In this document: in pieces, positions 1-10,100 of the stretch
How positions within the stretch are numbered: the stretch's first letter is position 1
How the letters are laid out: the number at the start of each line of letters is the position of its first letter
DNA from: Vitrella brassicaformis CCMP3155
Taxonomy: Eukaryota > Protista > Chromerida
DNA length: 20,805 bases
Assembly: GCA_001179505.1 (NCBI GenBank)
Contig: CDMY01000777.1
Location: forward strand, 1-20,805
Reading direction: 5' to 3'
Notes under the pieces: model-generated
What the model was told of the DNA's origin: nothing
The model's input: only the letters and a program-made list of their open reading frames with translations
Databases searched by the model: none
Translations under genes and position numbers: made by a program

Positions 1-93
1 CGCGCAGTAAACACCGCCCGCTCGTTATGGACAGCGACTATTTGAGCTGACGTTCATCGGCTCTGACACTCCCTGTCGTCCCCCCCGACGGCA

Positions 94-127
94 TCGTACG
101 GCAATTTTGTCGTACGACTGTCGTACG
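94..127. promoter_or_regulatory. Cluster of three TCGTACG motifs upstream of the CDK gene, including the 10-bp palindrome GTCGTACGAC
   Basis: TCGTACG at 94-100, 110-116 and 121-127; GTCGTACGAC at 109-118; about 145 nt upstream of ATG 273. Regulatory function is inferred only. Confidence 0.35.
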
Positions 128-272
128 GCGTCAGCCTGAGGGCTCTTCCTGTCGCGGCAGTGTAGCGGCAGCTCATCCAGCCTCAGTCGAATCTATCAGA
201 CGGCCAGCGCGAGCAGGGTCAGCCCCTCCCAGCAGTCCTGCAGGGGCTCAACGGCACGCCAGCGCACTCACC

Positions 273-984
273 ATGTCGGCGTGCGAGGTTGACCCGCATA
301 ACGACCCGACTCTCTATGCCAAGTACCATGTCCGTGGGAAGTTGGGCGCCGGCACGTTCGGCAAGGTGGTGCTGGTGCGGGAGAAGGGCAAAGGGCCGGC
401 GGGCCGTCTTTACGCAGCCAAGGTGCAGGACTTCTCGACCTGCCGGGAGGGTATCCCTGTCCACGCGGTCCGCGACGTGGTGAGGTTGGGAGGCAGGGAG
501 GGGGGGAGGGGGTGTGATGTGTGGCGGGTGTGGATGTGTGTGTGGATGTGTGTGATGCAGGCCATTTTGAGCAAGATGAAGCACGAGAATGTGGCCAAGG
601 TGTTCGAGGCGTGGGTGTCTGACGAGGAGGGGCGGCTCTACATGGTCATGGAGTATGCCTCCGTCGGCGACCTCTTCAGGTTCCTCCGCCGCAGCTTCCC
701 ACCGGTCAGCAAACCAGCAAACAAACGAAGGAAACCGACGGAGCCGACGGATGGACCATCGTGTGGGTATGTGTGTGTGTGTGCTGTCATGCATTCGCGA
801 ATGCAGCGAAAGGTCAAAGTGGATCGTATTCTGCCGCCCCAGCAGGTCAAGCGCTATATGTTCCAGGTACCCAAGGGAGAGGCACACCCAGCCTGGGATG
901 CCCCCCATCTGCTTTGTGTGTGTGTGCTGGATTCCTTGGACAGCTGCTGCTGTCGTTGGCCCACGTCCACTCGCACCACATCGC

Positions 985-1019
<35 letters not shown>

Positions 1020-2598
1020 ACAAGAGCACGGCACCTGGACGGTATGCGACATTTCCCCCCAGCCACACGCGTCAACCCACACACACCACACACACACACA
1101 ATGTGTCCGTTTACGTGTCTGTATGGATGCAGTGAGAAGTTGTTGTTGACCGATATGGGCCACGGCCGTCTGCTCGACAGCCTCGGCGCCCCGCCCGTCC
1201 GACACACCGTAAACACCGCACTGACCCAGCGGCGCCAGGTGTCAGAGACACGTGTGAATCCGTTGTGCCCTTCATCAGAACCCGAATGCGTTGGGGACGC
1301 CATCGTATAAGGCGCCCGAGATGGTGCTGGGGCAGCGGACACACGGGACCGCCGTGGACATCTGGGCTGCTGGTATGAGGGCGGGAGCGAGGGACTCACA
1401 CATGGCACCTGAAGGATGCTCATTGTGTGTCTGTCTGTGTGTGTGTGTGCAGGGTGCATACTCGCTGAGATGCTCGGATGCCGTCGCTCGCCCTTTGATG
1501 TGAGTCAGCCACTGGCCGACCCATAAGCACACTCACACAGCCACAGATAAGTGTGTGTCTGTGTGTATGTGTTGCAGTGTCCTATGGGTTCCGACTACGG
1601 GTCGCTGATTAAGATGATCGATTTGCTGGGGCTGCCGCCGCACAGCAGACTGCGGGCGCTCAACCTGCCGCTGTATAACTCACACGTAGGCCAACACACG
1701 ACACCAAAGCACCACACAAAGCACAAACAGGAGTCCGTCCGGCTCTGTGTGTCTGTGTCTGTCTGTCTGTCTGTGTGTCTGTGCAGTGCCGCATCCTGCC
1801 GCGGATTCCGCAGCGCAGCAAGGCCGAGGTGCGCACCAAGTTCCAGAAGACCCTGGCCGAGGGCGAGAACGGCGTGACCATCACTGACGATGAGTTCGAC
1901 TTCCTCTATGAGTGAGTCAGCCCATCAGGCACCCTCCCTCCCGCCCATGGCTGCATTCCTCTGTCAACTGTGTGTGTCAGTCTGATTAGGTTTGACCCCG
2001 CTGAGCGTTTGACGGCGGCGGAGGCGGTTAACCACCCCTACTTTGACGATCTGGACAAACAGGTACCCAGCCAGCCCACACCAATCCACACCAGCAGAAG
2101 TGCACCTATCCCTCACACGCCGCCCCTCCACCTCTCCTGGCCCATGTGTGTGTGTGTGTGTGTTGGGTGTAGGAGTTTCAGCACTGGGCGGCTGACGTCG
2201 GCGGCCAGTTCATCGTAGGCGGCCAGTTCATCCAGCCCTACACGCCGCGCATCGAGGTGGAGCCGGTCTATCGCGAGCCGCCCTCCATCGAGGCGCCCCA
2301 CGCACAGACACCTCCCCCTGCTACACCACCCCCTGCTGCCATCGCTGCCGCTGCCGTCGTCCCTCTTGCTGCTGCTGCTGTGCACGAGCAGCCACAGGAC
2401 AACGGCCGCCGATACCACATGCGCCCCCGGCGCAATAAGACGCGGGCGGCGCCGAGTGCTGCGGATGGCGGCGTGCAGCACGGTGAGGGCGGGGGGGTGG
2501 CGGGCGAGGCCAAGAAGGGCCGTCTGCAGGCGGACAAGGGACAGGACGGTGGGGCTAATGAGGTGGAGAGGAAGCGTAAGAAGCGCAAGCTGGGCTAA
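273..2598 (+). CDS. Atypical cyclin-dependent kinase-like (CMGC) Ser/Thr protein kinase, 11 exons, about 488-498 aa
   Basis: Predicted exons 273-479, 561-704, 807-866, 944-1041, 1133-1208 (or -1238), 1279-1372, 1453-1499, 1578-1685, 1787-1911, 1981-2062, 2173-2598. All introns are GT-AG and phase-compatible. The spliced protein has ordered kinase motifs: GAGTFGKV, YAAK, EGIPVHAVRDVAILSKMKHENV (PSTAIRE position), LYMVMEY, VKRYMFQLLLSLAHVHSHHIAHRDLKPANVLL, LTDMGHGR, GTPSYKAPE, VDIWAAGCILAEM, SDYGSLIKMIDLLGLP (CMGC-type), DLIRFDPAERLTAAEAVNHPYFDDL. It ends in a Pro/Ala-rich tail and RKRKKRKLG-stop. Confidence 0.92.
2200..2232 (+). repeat. In-frame 15-bp direct repeat (18-bp period) in the last CDK exon
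   Basis: GGCGGCCAGTTCATC at 2200-2214 and 2218-2232, encoding GGQFI-V-GGQFI. Confidence 0.9.
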
Positions 2599-3924
2599 CT
2601 GCCCCTGGCGCACACAAACCACAGCAAAAGTGTGAATAGCTGCGTACACTGAGCTGCGTGGTGGATGGGATGTAGCAGACGAGGGGAGGGGACAATGGCC
2701 GTGCATGATGGACAAATGGATGGATGGACAAACTGATGGATGGATGGGCGACACGGACAGACAAACGGGATGCATACATACAGACATACATGGCATGGTG
2801 TGCGGTGCGTGATGTGTGAAGCTGCTCGAGAGCGTGCGGCAACCTTCGTGGGGACACGCCAGCCTTAATTGGGTTACAGCTGTGGTTTCTCAAACCCTGT
2901 AGCTTTGGCAATATGTGATCCGCACTTGACAAATTCTGTCCGCATTTGGTTCCCCCCATGTCCAGACGTCTCTACTCATCGTTGGAATCACCCCAGCAAG
3001 CACCCATAGATAGACCGACGCACGTGCCAGGGGCGCAGTGTCTCGGTCGAGACAAGCAAACAGACAGACAGGACAGAACTTGAAAGTGCGTGTGTGTGGC
3101 GCGTGCAATGAGTGCATTGAGGCGTGCAGATCGAACGAGGCAAGGACACAAGCGAGCGGCTCACGCCGACCGGCTGGCTGGCTGGCTGTCGGCATGCACA
3201 CGTGCACATGAGTGCGTGGACCATGCAGGAAACAAACAGCTCAATCGACTGCTGACGAACAGGCAGGCAGGCAGGCAGGCAAGCAGACAGGCATACAGGC
3301 AGGAATGGGTAGCTAGCGGGCATGGAGGCTGTCTGTGAGTGCCATCTGAGCTTCGCTCGACTGCACCAACGATCCAACCCACCCACCCACCCGACCGCCC
3401 GTCCATCCATCCATCCCAGGAAAATGACATAGGAAAACTGATACACATGACTGCCATGGTGCTATCCAGGTGCGTACGTATCTGTGCAGAAACGAGGAAA
3501 AGGGCAATCAATTGGAAAAGGGAGAACATATCATTGATCCAATGATGAATGGTATGGAGAAGTGTGTGACCCGAGTGGATGGAGTGAGGCAGTGGGTGGG
3601 TGGGTGAGTGGGTGGGTCGGTGAGGCCAGGCTACAGGCAGGTGGCTGGCTCGTGGGCACGTTGTGTGTGTGTTTGTGTGGGTGGGTGTGTCCGCAAATAT
3701 GCACTGAGGATAGACAGACACACGATGGTGATGGGAAAATGTCATGTGTGGGAAAACTGCCTGAACGAGAGAGAGAAAACTGCGCTGGTCGCCGTTCGAT
3801 GACGGCGGCGCAGCTACGTGAGCGCTAGGTAAAGAAAAAGCAGCACATGCACCCGCCCATCCGTCCTTCTGGCTATCCATCCATCCATCCATGCGTGCTT
3901 AGTGAGAAGATCTTCCTAGCCATC

Positions 3925-4134
3925 TCACTTAGCCTTCTTGATTGATTGCGGTCTTGGCGGAGTAATATCTTGTCGGAGCAGCGCCGCCGATCCCATCACG
4001 TCAGGTCTGCACACACACACACAGACACACACACACACGTATGTGTAACAGACCAAGAGAAACATCATATTTTGCTTTTGTCCATCCATCATTCGATCGC
4101 ACAGACCTGATGAGTGGTCGCTGCTCGCCCTTCT
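3925..4134 (-). other. Possible orphan 3' exons of an unidentified minus-strand transcript
   Basis: A (GT)n-GCAG acceptor at 4008-4007 has the style of the real introns here. A putative intron 4106-4007 joins 4134-4107 and 4006-3925 in phase, giving (E)KGEQRPLIRPDVMGSAALLRQDITPPRPQSIKKAK-stop. The donor (GTCTGT) is weak and no homology is recognised. Confidence 0.2.
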
Positions 4135-6472
4135 CTGCCGATACCCACACCACACCACACCTCGATCCCCCGGTCATCCAGTCAATCAAGACTGTAGGCA
4201 GGTATCGTATCAAGACAGCTCGCCAGCCGGCCAGCGAGTCAGTCAGTCAGTCAGTCAGCCAGAAGCGCTATAGAAGTCGGATTCCCTAGGTCTTAGAGGA
4301 AAAACAAACAGACCCTCAGTCACGAGCGTTAGCTAGGAGTGGGTATCCACGCACAACTGACGGCCAGCCAACACAACACGGACCCAGGAAGGAAAGCAAC
4401 AGCAACCAACCGACCGCAGCACGTAACATACAGACTCTGATTGATGAGGAGAAAAATGGCGCGTCGCATTTCACTTCACCACCACCGGTCCATCCATCCA
4501 TCCATCCATCTGTGATCTACCTGATTGACTGAGGCATGAGTCGTGTGGAAAAATGCCGGCCTTCTATGCGCTTCCTTCCCCTGTCTAGCTTGCCGAGAAC
4601 CATCGAGTGAGAAGATCAGCCAGCCAGCCAGCCAGCCAGTGAGTGCATCCATACCATCCATACCTGCTGCCTGCCAACCGTGTGAGTGTGAGGCACCGTG
4701 AGCGCCCGCCTGCCTGCCCGTCTCCTGCCTTGCCTGCCTTCCTTGCCTGCCGACATGTCATGTGTCCGTAATGCACAATGTCAACGCACAGCACACCGCC
4801 GCGCCGCACCAGTGGAGAGATAGCTATTGAAAGCACCCGCCTGCCCGCCTGCCTCCCGCACACACACCCCTCCGCCATCCCGTCCCCCATCTATCCATCC
4901 ATCCATCCCAAGCATTCGCCCCCACCCCACACGAACGCATCATTTGGTGTCATGAAGGAACGACAAGCGCACGGCACACACGCGCAGCAGGCACGGTGGA
5001 TATATCGATCCGACTTGGTTGTTCGTCGACGCAGCTCGCTTCACTGCATCCGTCCAGACAGCGATTAGAAACAAACCGTCACAAACTGCTGCAGGGGAGG
5101 GGAGGGAAGGGACACCACAATTACATTACAGACTAATGCAGCGAGCGGGTAGATGAACAAGTGAATGAATGGGACACACAACGTCGCACGCGCACACACG
5201 ATGAGGGAAAAAAACGAGACGAGGCGAGATGAGACGACAGAGGCAGCAGGGAGGGAGTGCTGAGGGAGGGAGAGGGCATCATATGCTTAAACTCAACCAG
5301 TGAGGGAGGGAAAATGCATTTGTCAATAAATTGATCCGCCCGAATGTGTGCAGTGCTTTCATCAATGAGTGCTCCAGCTGCAGTGCGTGCGCCATTCCAC
5401 CGACGAACCAATGCCCACACACAGACAGACAGACAGACACGCAGAGGCAAACAACCGCCCAACCGCAAAGCACACAAGACAGATTTGCGGTGAAGGACCG
5501 AGAAGAAGAAAAGGCCATCCATCGGCCCGAAAACAGTCTACGCCACGCAGCCCGTGTGTTAATTCCCCTCCGTCTCTCCCTCCCTCCCTCCTTCCCGGTG
5601 TGTCAGCCGGAATCTGACAGAAGCGGGTGAGGTGACGGACGAACGATGCATCAAGCAAGCATGTAATGGTGTGGTATGAGCGCACGTGTGCACTCCAAAA
5701 CAGAGCGGCGGGTGGTGGGTGGGTGGGCGTGAGACTCCAGCCCAAATCGAGAGCCTTACACCCTACCTCCCTCCCTCCCTCCCTGCCCATCTTGTCTGTC
5801 CCCTCCCTCTCCCTCTCCCCGGCCCTCACACACAGCAAGCAGACAGATGCAGCACACGCACAGCACCCACCCACCCACCCACCCACCCGGTGTGTGTCTG
5901 AGTGTGTCCATCGAACGCCAGTCGTGTCGTGTCGGTCACCTCTCTCAACAGACAAACGAATAAATCCCTAACTACCTTACTCGTCCCTCACCTCACCCCC
6001 CTCCCCGCCTGCCTGCACTCCTCCCTCCCTCAGAATTGATGCACATCTACTTGCAGCCAGCCTACCTGCCTGAAGGCCCGCTCCCCACCCACCGCAACAC
6101 CACCGCAATGATTGCATTGCTGTATGGGTGCCAGCGATGGACGAACGGGTTGGTGTGGTGGACGACATGCACGACCAGTCATTGCAAGTACTGTACTGGT
6201 TCCCCTCTCCTCGCTCCTCCCTCAGCATGCCTGCCCTGCAAGAGTGCGCGAGTGCCAAAACCTGGACATACATGGGGACATGACATGGACGGACACAACC
6301 GAGCGACACGCGAAGGGAGGGAGGGATGCACACAGACAGACAGAGCACCTGTCCACCTGTCTGCGCGTGTCTCTCTCTGTCTGTCTGTCTGTATCTCAGT
6401 CTGTCTGTCTGTGTGAATGTGTTGAGAGGTGCCGGTTCAGGTTGGGCGAAAAAAGTGACCGACCCGTCTGGC

Positions 6473-6500
6473 GATCGATCGATCGATCGATCGATCGATC
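6473..6500. repeat. (GATC)7 self-complementary microsatellite
   Basis: Seven consecutive GATC units read directly from 6473 to 6500. Confidence 0.95.
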
Positions 6501-6844
6501 GACACTTCCATCATCCGTCCGTCCATCCATCCATCCCTTCTGCCAGCCAAATGACACCCCCAGTGAGTGACATGCACACGCATCCGCACTTAGACAGCAC
6601 GGCACAGCACGACACAGCACGGCTGTTAATTAGCACAGACAACACATCACGGACGGCATGGGGTGCTCATGCGTGCCTCCGTCCGTCCGTGTGGGCCGAG
6701 AGGTCTGGTCCCTGCGCCATCCATCCATCCATCCATCTGACCCGCCCGCCCGCCCGCCCACGCCAGGCGTGAATTGGACACGCTCAGTGCATGGGCAGCG
6801 ACGGCACATGACAGCATGGCAGGCACGCACCCACACCCACCCAC

Positions 6845-7144
6845 NNNNNNNNNNNNNNNNNNNNNNNNNNNNNNNNNNNNNNNNNNNNNNNNNNNNNNNN
6901 NNNNNNNNNNNNNNNNNNNNNNNNNNNNNNNNNNNNNNNNNNNNNNNNNNNNNNNNNNNNNNNNNNNNNNNNNNNNNNNNNNNNNNNNNNNNNNNNNNNN
7001 NNNNNNNNNNNNNNNNNNNNNNNNNNNNNNNNNNNNNNNNNNNNNNNNNNNNNNNNNNNNNNNNNNNNNNNNNNNNNNNNNNNNNNNNNNNNNNNNNNNN
7101 NNNNNNNNNNNNNNNNNNNNNNNNNNNNNNNNNNNNNNNNNNNN
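6845..7144. other. Assembly gap of 300 N
   Basis: Run of N from 6845 to 7144, flanked on both sides by CAC/CACC-type repeats. The true length and content are unknown. Confidence 0.99.
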
Positions 7145-10100
7145 CACCCACACGCACACATGGACCATATATCCACTGGTGCACCCACCCACCTTCATGA
7201 CGCCTTTGGGGGGAGGCTTAAAGTCAGCGAGCGAGGCAGGCAGTGTGACAAAAACGCAGCAGTTACAGCCAGCGATTAGTCGCATGACATGAAAGGGTGA
7301 ATCAATCGGCGCAAAAGAGCAAGACAACAAGCCAAGCCAAGCCAAGCAAAGCCAAGCCATGCACTGCACGATTCACCGACACCATCCATTCCATTCATCT
7401 AGCTTACTTACTGACTTACTTAGCTTACGTACGTTTGTGCCGTGCTCCCACTCACACAGTGCTGGTCGACGCTCAGGGAGATGGCATGGTATGGCATGGC
7501 ATGGCATGGTGTGGTGTGGTATGGCCCGCTCGGCACACGCATGCGTAACAATTCCAGGCAGACAGACAGGCGAGGGAATGCAGGCAGGCACTCGAGTCAT
7601 TCAGTCAGTGACCACCGAAAAAATGCCAGTAGGTAGGTACACCATGCTTGCTTGCTTGCTTATAACTCCCCCACACGAGCTGTCGGTCGGGGCATGCACG
7701 AGCACGGTCAGCAATCGCATCACTCGTCCATCCATCCATCGATCCATCCATCGAGGGCATGCCCGCTGACTGACTAAGGAGGGAGGTCTCGGGGGAGCGT
7801 GGGTCTGTCTGGTTGGAGTGAGTGAGTGGGTGAGTGAGTGAGTGAGAGAAGAGGAGGGAGCACATAGTATCAGGACATACTGTGAGTGCTGCCAAAGCGA
7901 GAGAGCATCAGACTATCGTAGACAGGCAGCCAGGCAGACAGACAGACAGTAGGTATCAGTATCAGGCCAGGAATGTAATGCTTCTTCTTTGTTTTCTTTT
8001 CGTCCAGGTAGGGTGGATAGCTCCCTCCAAGATCTGTCTGTCGTGACCGTTGTGTCGGAATCTCCCTCCTCTCTCTTCCCTCTCTCTATGATACAGTGAC
8101 ATCCAATCCACTCACTCAGTTAGTTGGCTGCACGGGAAACGAGCAGTGGGAAGCGACGGTCTGTCTGCACTGCACCGGTCCGAGGAACAAGACAAAAGGT
8201 GGCCGGCAGGCAGGCAATCAATCACTCACGAGACCGGACGGTGGCAGGCAGGGAGGCAGGCAGGCAGGGAGAAGGCACACACAGACACAGGCACAGGCAT
8301 CCGGCATGCACATACACATCGACGGAGGGGAGGGAGGGTACTACCGATGGCAGGCAGGCAGGCAGTATGAAGCATGTGTCGTGTCGCATACAGACAGACA
8401 GACAGAGGTGACAAAATGCTCAGCGAGTCAGTCAGTCAGCAAGTGGTCTGGTCGCCCCACACACTCAGGTACACGCACGGCACGGCGCATGCAGTCATGG
8501 AAGGAAGAAGTCATTGGGTCGGTCCGGCGAGGTGCGGTGTGGTGTGGTGTGGTGTGGTGTTGTGTGGTGTGGTCCCTTCCTCGATGAGGCAACAAATACA
8601 GTGCCCCACGACACCCGAAAAAGATCATGTACACCCTGGCTGGCATCACATCACCATTCAGTCATCACGCCACGCACCCTCCGTCGACCATTCATTCTGG
8701 CTCTCTCTGGCTCTCTCTCACCACGGCCACTCTGGCCGCCAGCCATACGGAAAAAGGAGCATCGGTCGGTACGCTGCCAGGTGGCTCAGTCGTCGCTTTT
8801 GCCGCGAGTGGGAGCACCGGCCCGCCACACCACACACACGCAGGTCGAGAGGGAGAGCAGTAAGTAGGTCAGCGAGTCGCTCTCTCTCCCCATGCATGGT
8901 TGCAGGCAGAGACAGCAAAACCGGTCAGACAGACACGGAAGGAGGTGTGACATAAAATTAGCTTACGAGTAGTGGCCCCGGGCCAGCCACATGCTGACCC
9001 GCATCCATCCAAGCATGACATCCATTACAGACAGGTGGTGTCAGTGATCACCTGTGTGTGTGTGATGTCTTCGGTCGACGTACGCTGTTCGGTCGGCCGC
9101 ACGTCCCATCAGCCTTTCTTCCTATTCCCCCCTAGCTAGCTGGAGAATTAGATGCTACCCGCCTCTGGATTCACACCACACCACACCACATGAAGCGCAG
9201 CACAGAGAGACAATATAGACACACACGAAGGTGGGACGGTTACTCATGATACTAGGGCACCACACTGATTGCAACAACCAGGCTGCTGGGGGCTGTTGCC
9301 ATCTCCCTCCTGATCCTTTCCTTTGTTTGTGTGGGGGCTGGCGTGTTTGTTTCAGCCCCCTTTGGCGAGTGAGTCCCCTTTGGCGAATGAAGGCACATCA
9401 CACGCACACACACATGTAAACACAAATACAGACAGCCTGATACATCCACCCCCCACCGATCAGACAAATGGGAAATTGCCTTGCCCACCTGACCTGGTCA
9501 AAAAACCGCAGCAGCCCCGACAGCCAGCAGCCAGCCTTTCCACTCGCTCACTCGTCCATCCCATCGCTCCCTCCCTCCCTCCCTGCCTCCCCCCCGCAAA
9601 AGCACAAAACATCGATCACACGCACGAGACAGACGACGAGACACACCACCAACGACGAGAGACCGACGCACACGCACGCTCCGTATGGTATGGGTGCCCA
9701 GCAGACCGACGTGAAGGCCTGCTGGGCCAAAACACCAAAACAAACATACATGCCACACGCACGTACGACAGACAGACAGCCCATGCAAAATGGATCGAGC
9801 ACGAGACAAAAAGGCGACGACGGACGGATGTACCATACCTTACGCAGCAAAATACCAACAACGGCGCAGCGCATCACAGTGGCAAAAGGCAGGAAGCGAC
9901 CGACCGACCGGCGTTGTCCATCCATCCATCCATGCATCCATCCAGGCCGAAGACTCTCTCTCTCTCTCTCTCTCCATGGCTCGGAGACTGAGCGACTCGT
10001 CCAGTGATGGTGTCAAAGCAAAAATTACAACACTACAGCGGCCGGTGTGGTGTGGGTATCATTGATGAGGGTGAATGGCTCTCTCTCTCCCCGCTGTCGA

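Noticed and set aside
219-908. 229-aa minus-strand ORF, and similar antisense ORFs over the three genes
   Set aside because: Antisense shadow of GC-rich coding exons; no motif, and the opposite strand carries the recognisable protein.
273-1310. 345-aa unspliced ORF as the complete kinase
   Set aside because: It reads through (GT)n introns (CVWMCV, VCVC) and loses the HRD motif, which lies in another frame. Splicing restores all subdomains.
2860-2959. HNH-like peptide KCGQNLSSADHILPKLQGLRNHSCN on the minus strand
   Set aside because: The DHILP match is short, the spacing to downstream Asn/His is too short for an HNH fold, and there is no CxxC pair or extended ORF support.
6630-7369. ORFs spanning the N run
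   Set aside because: Artefacts of translating N as X.
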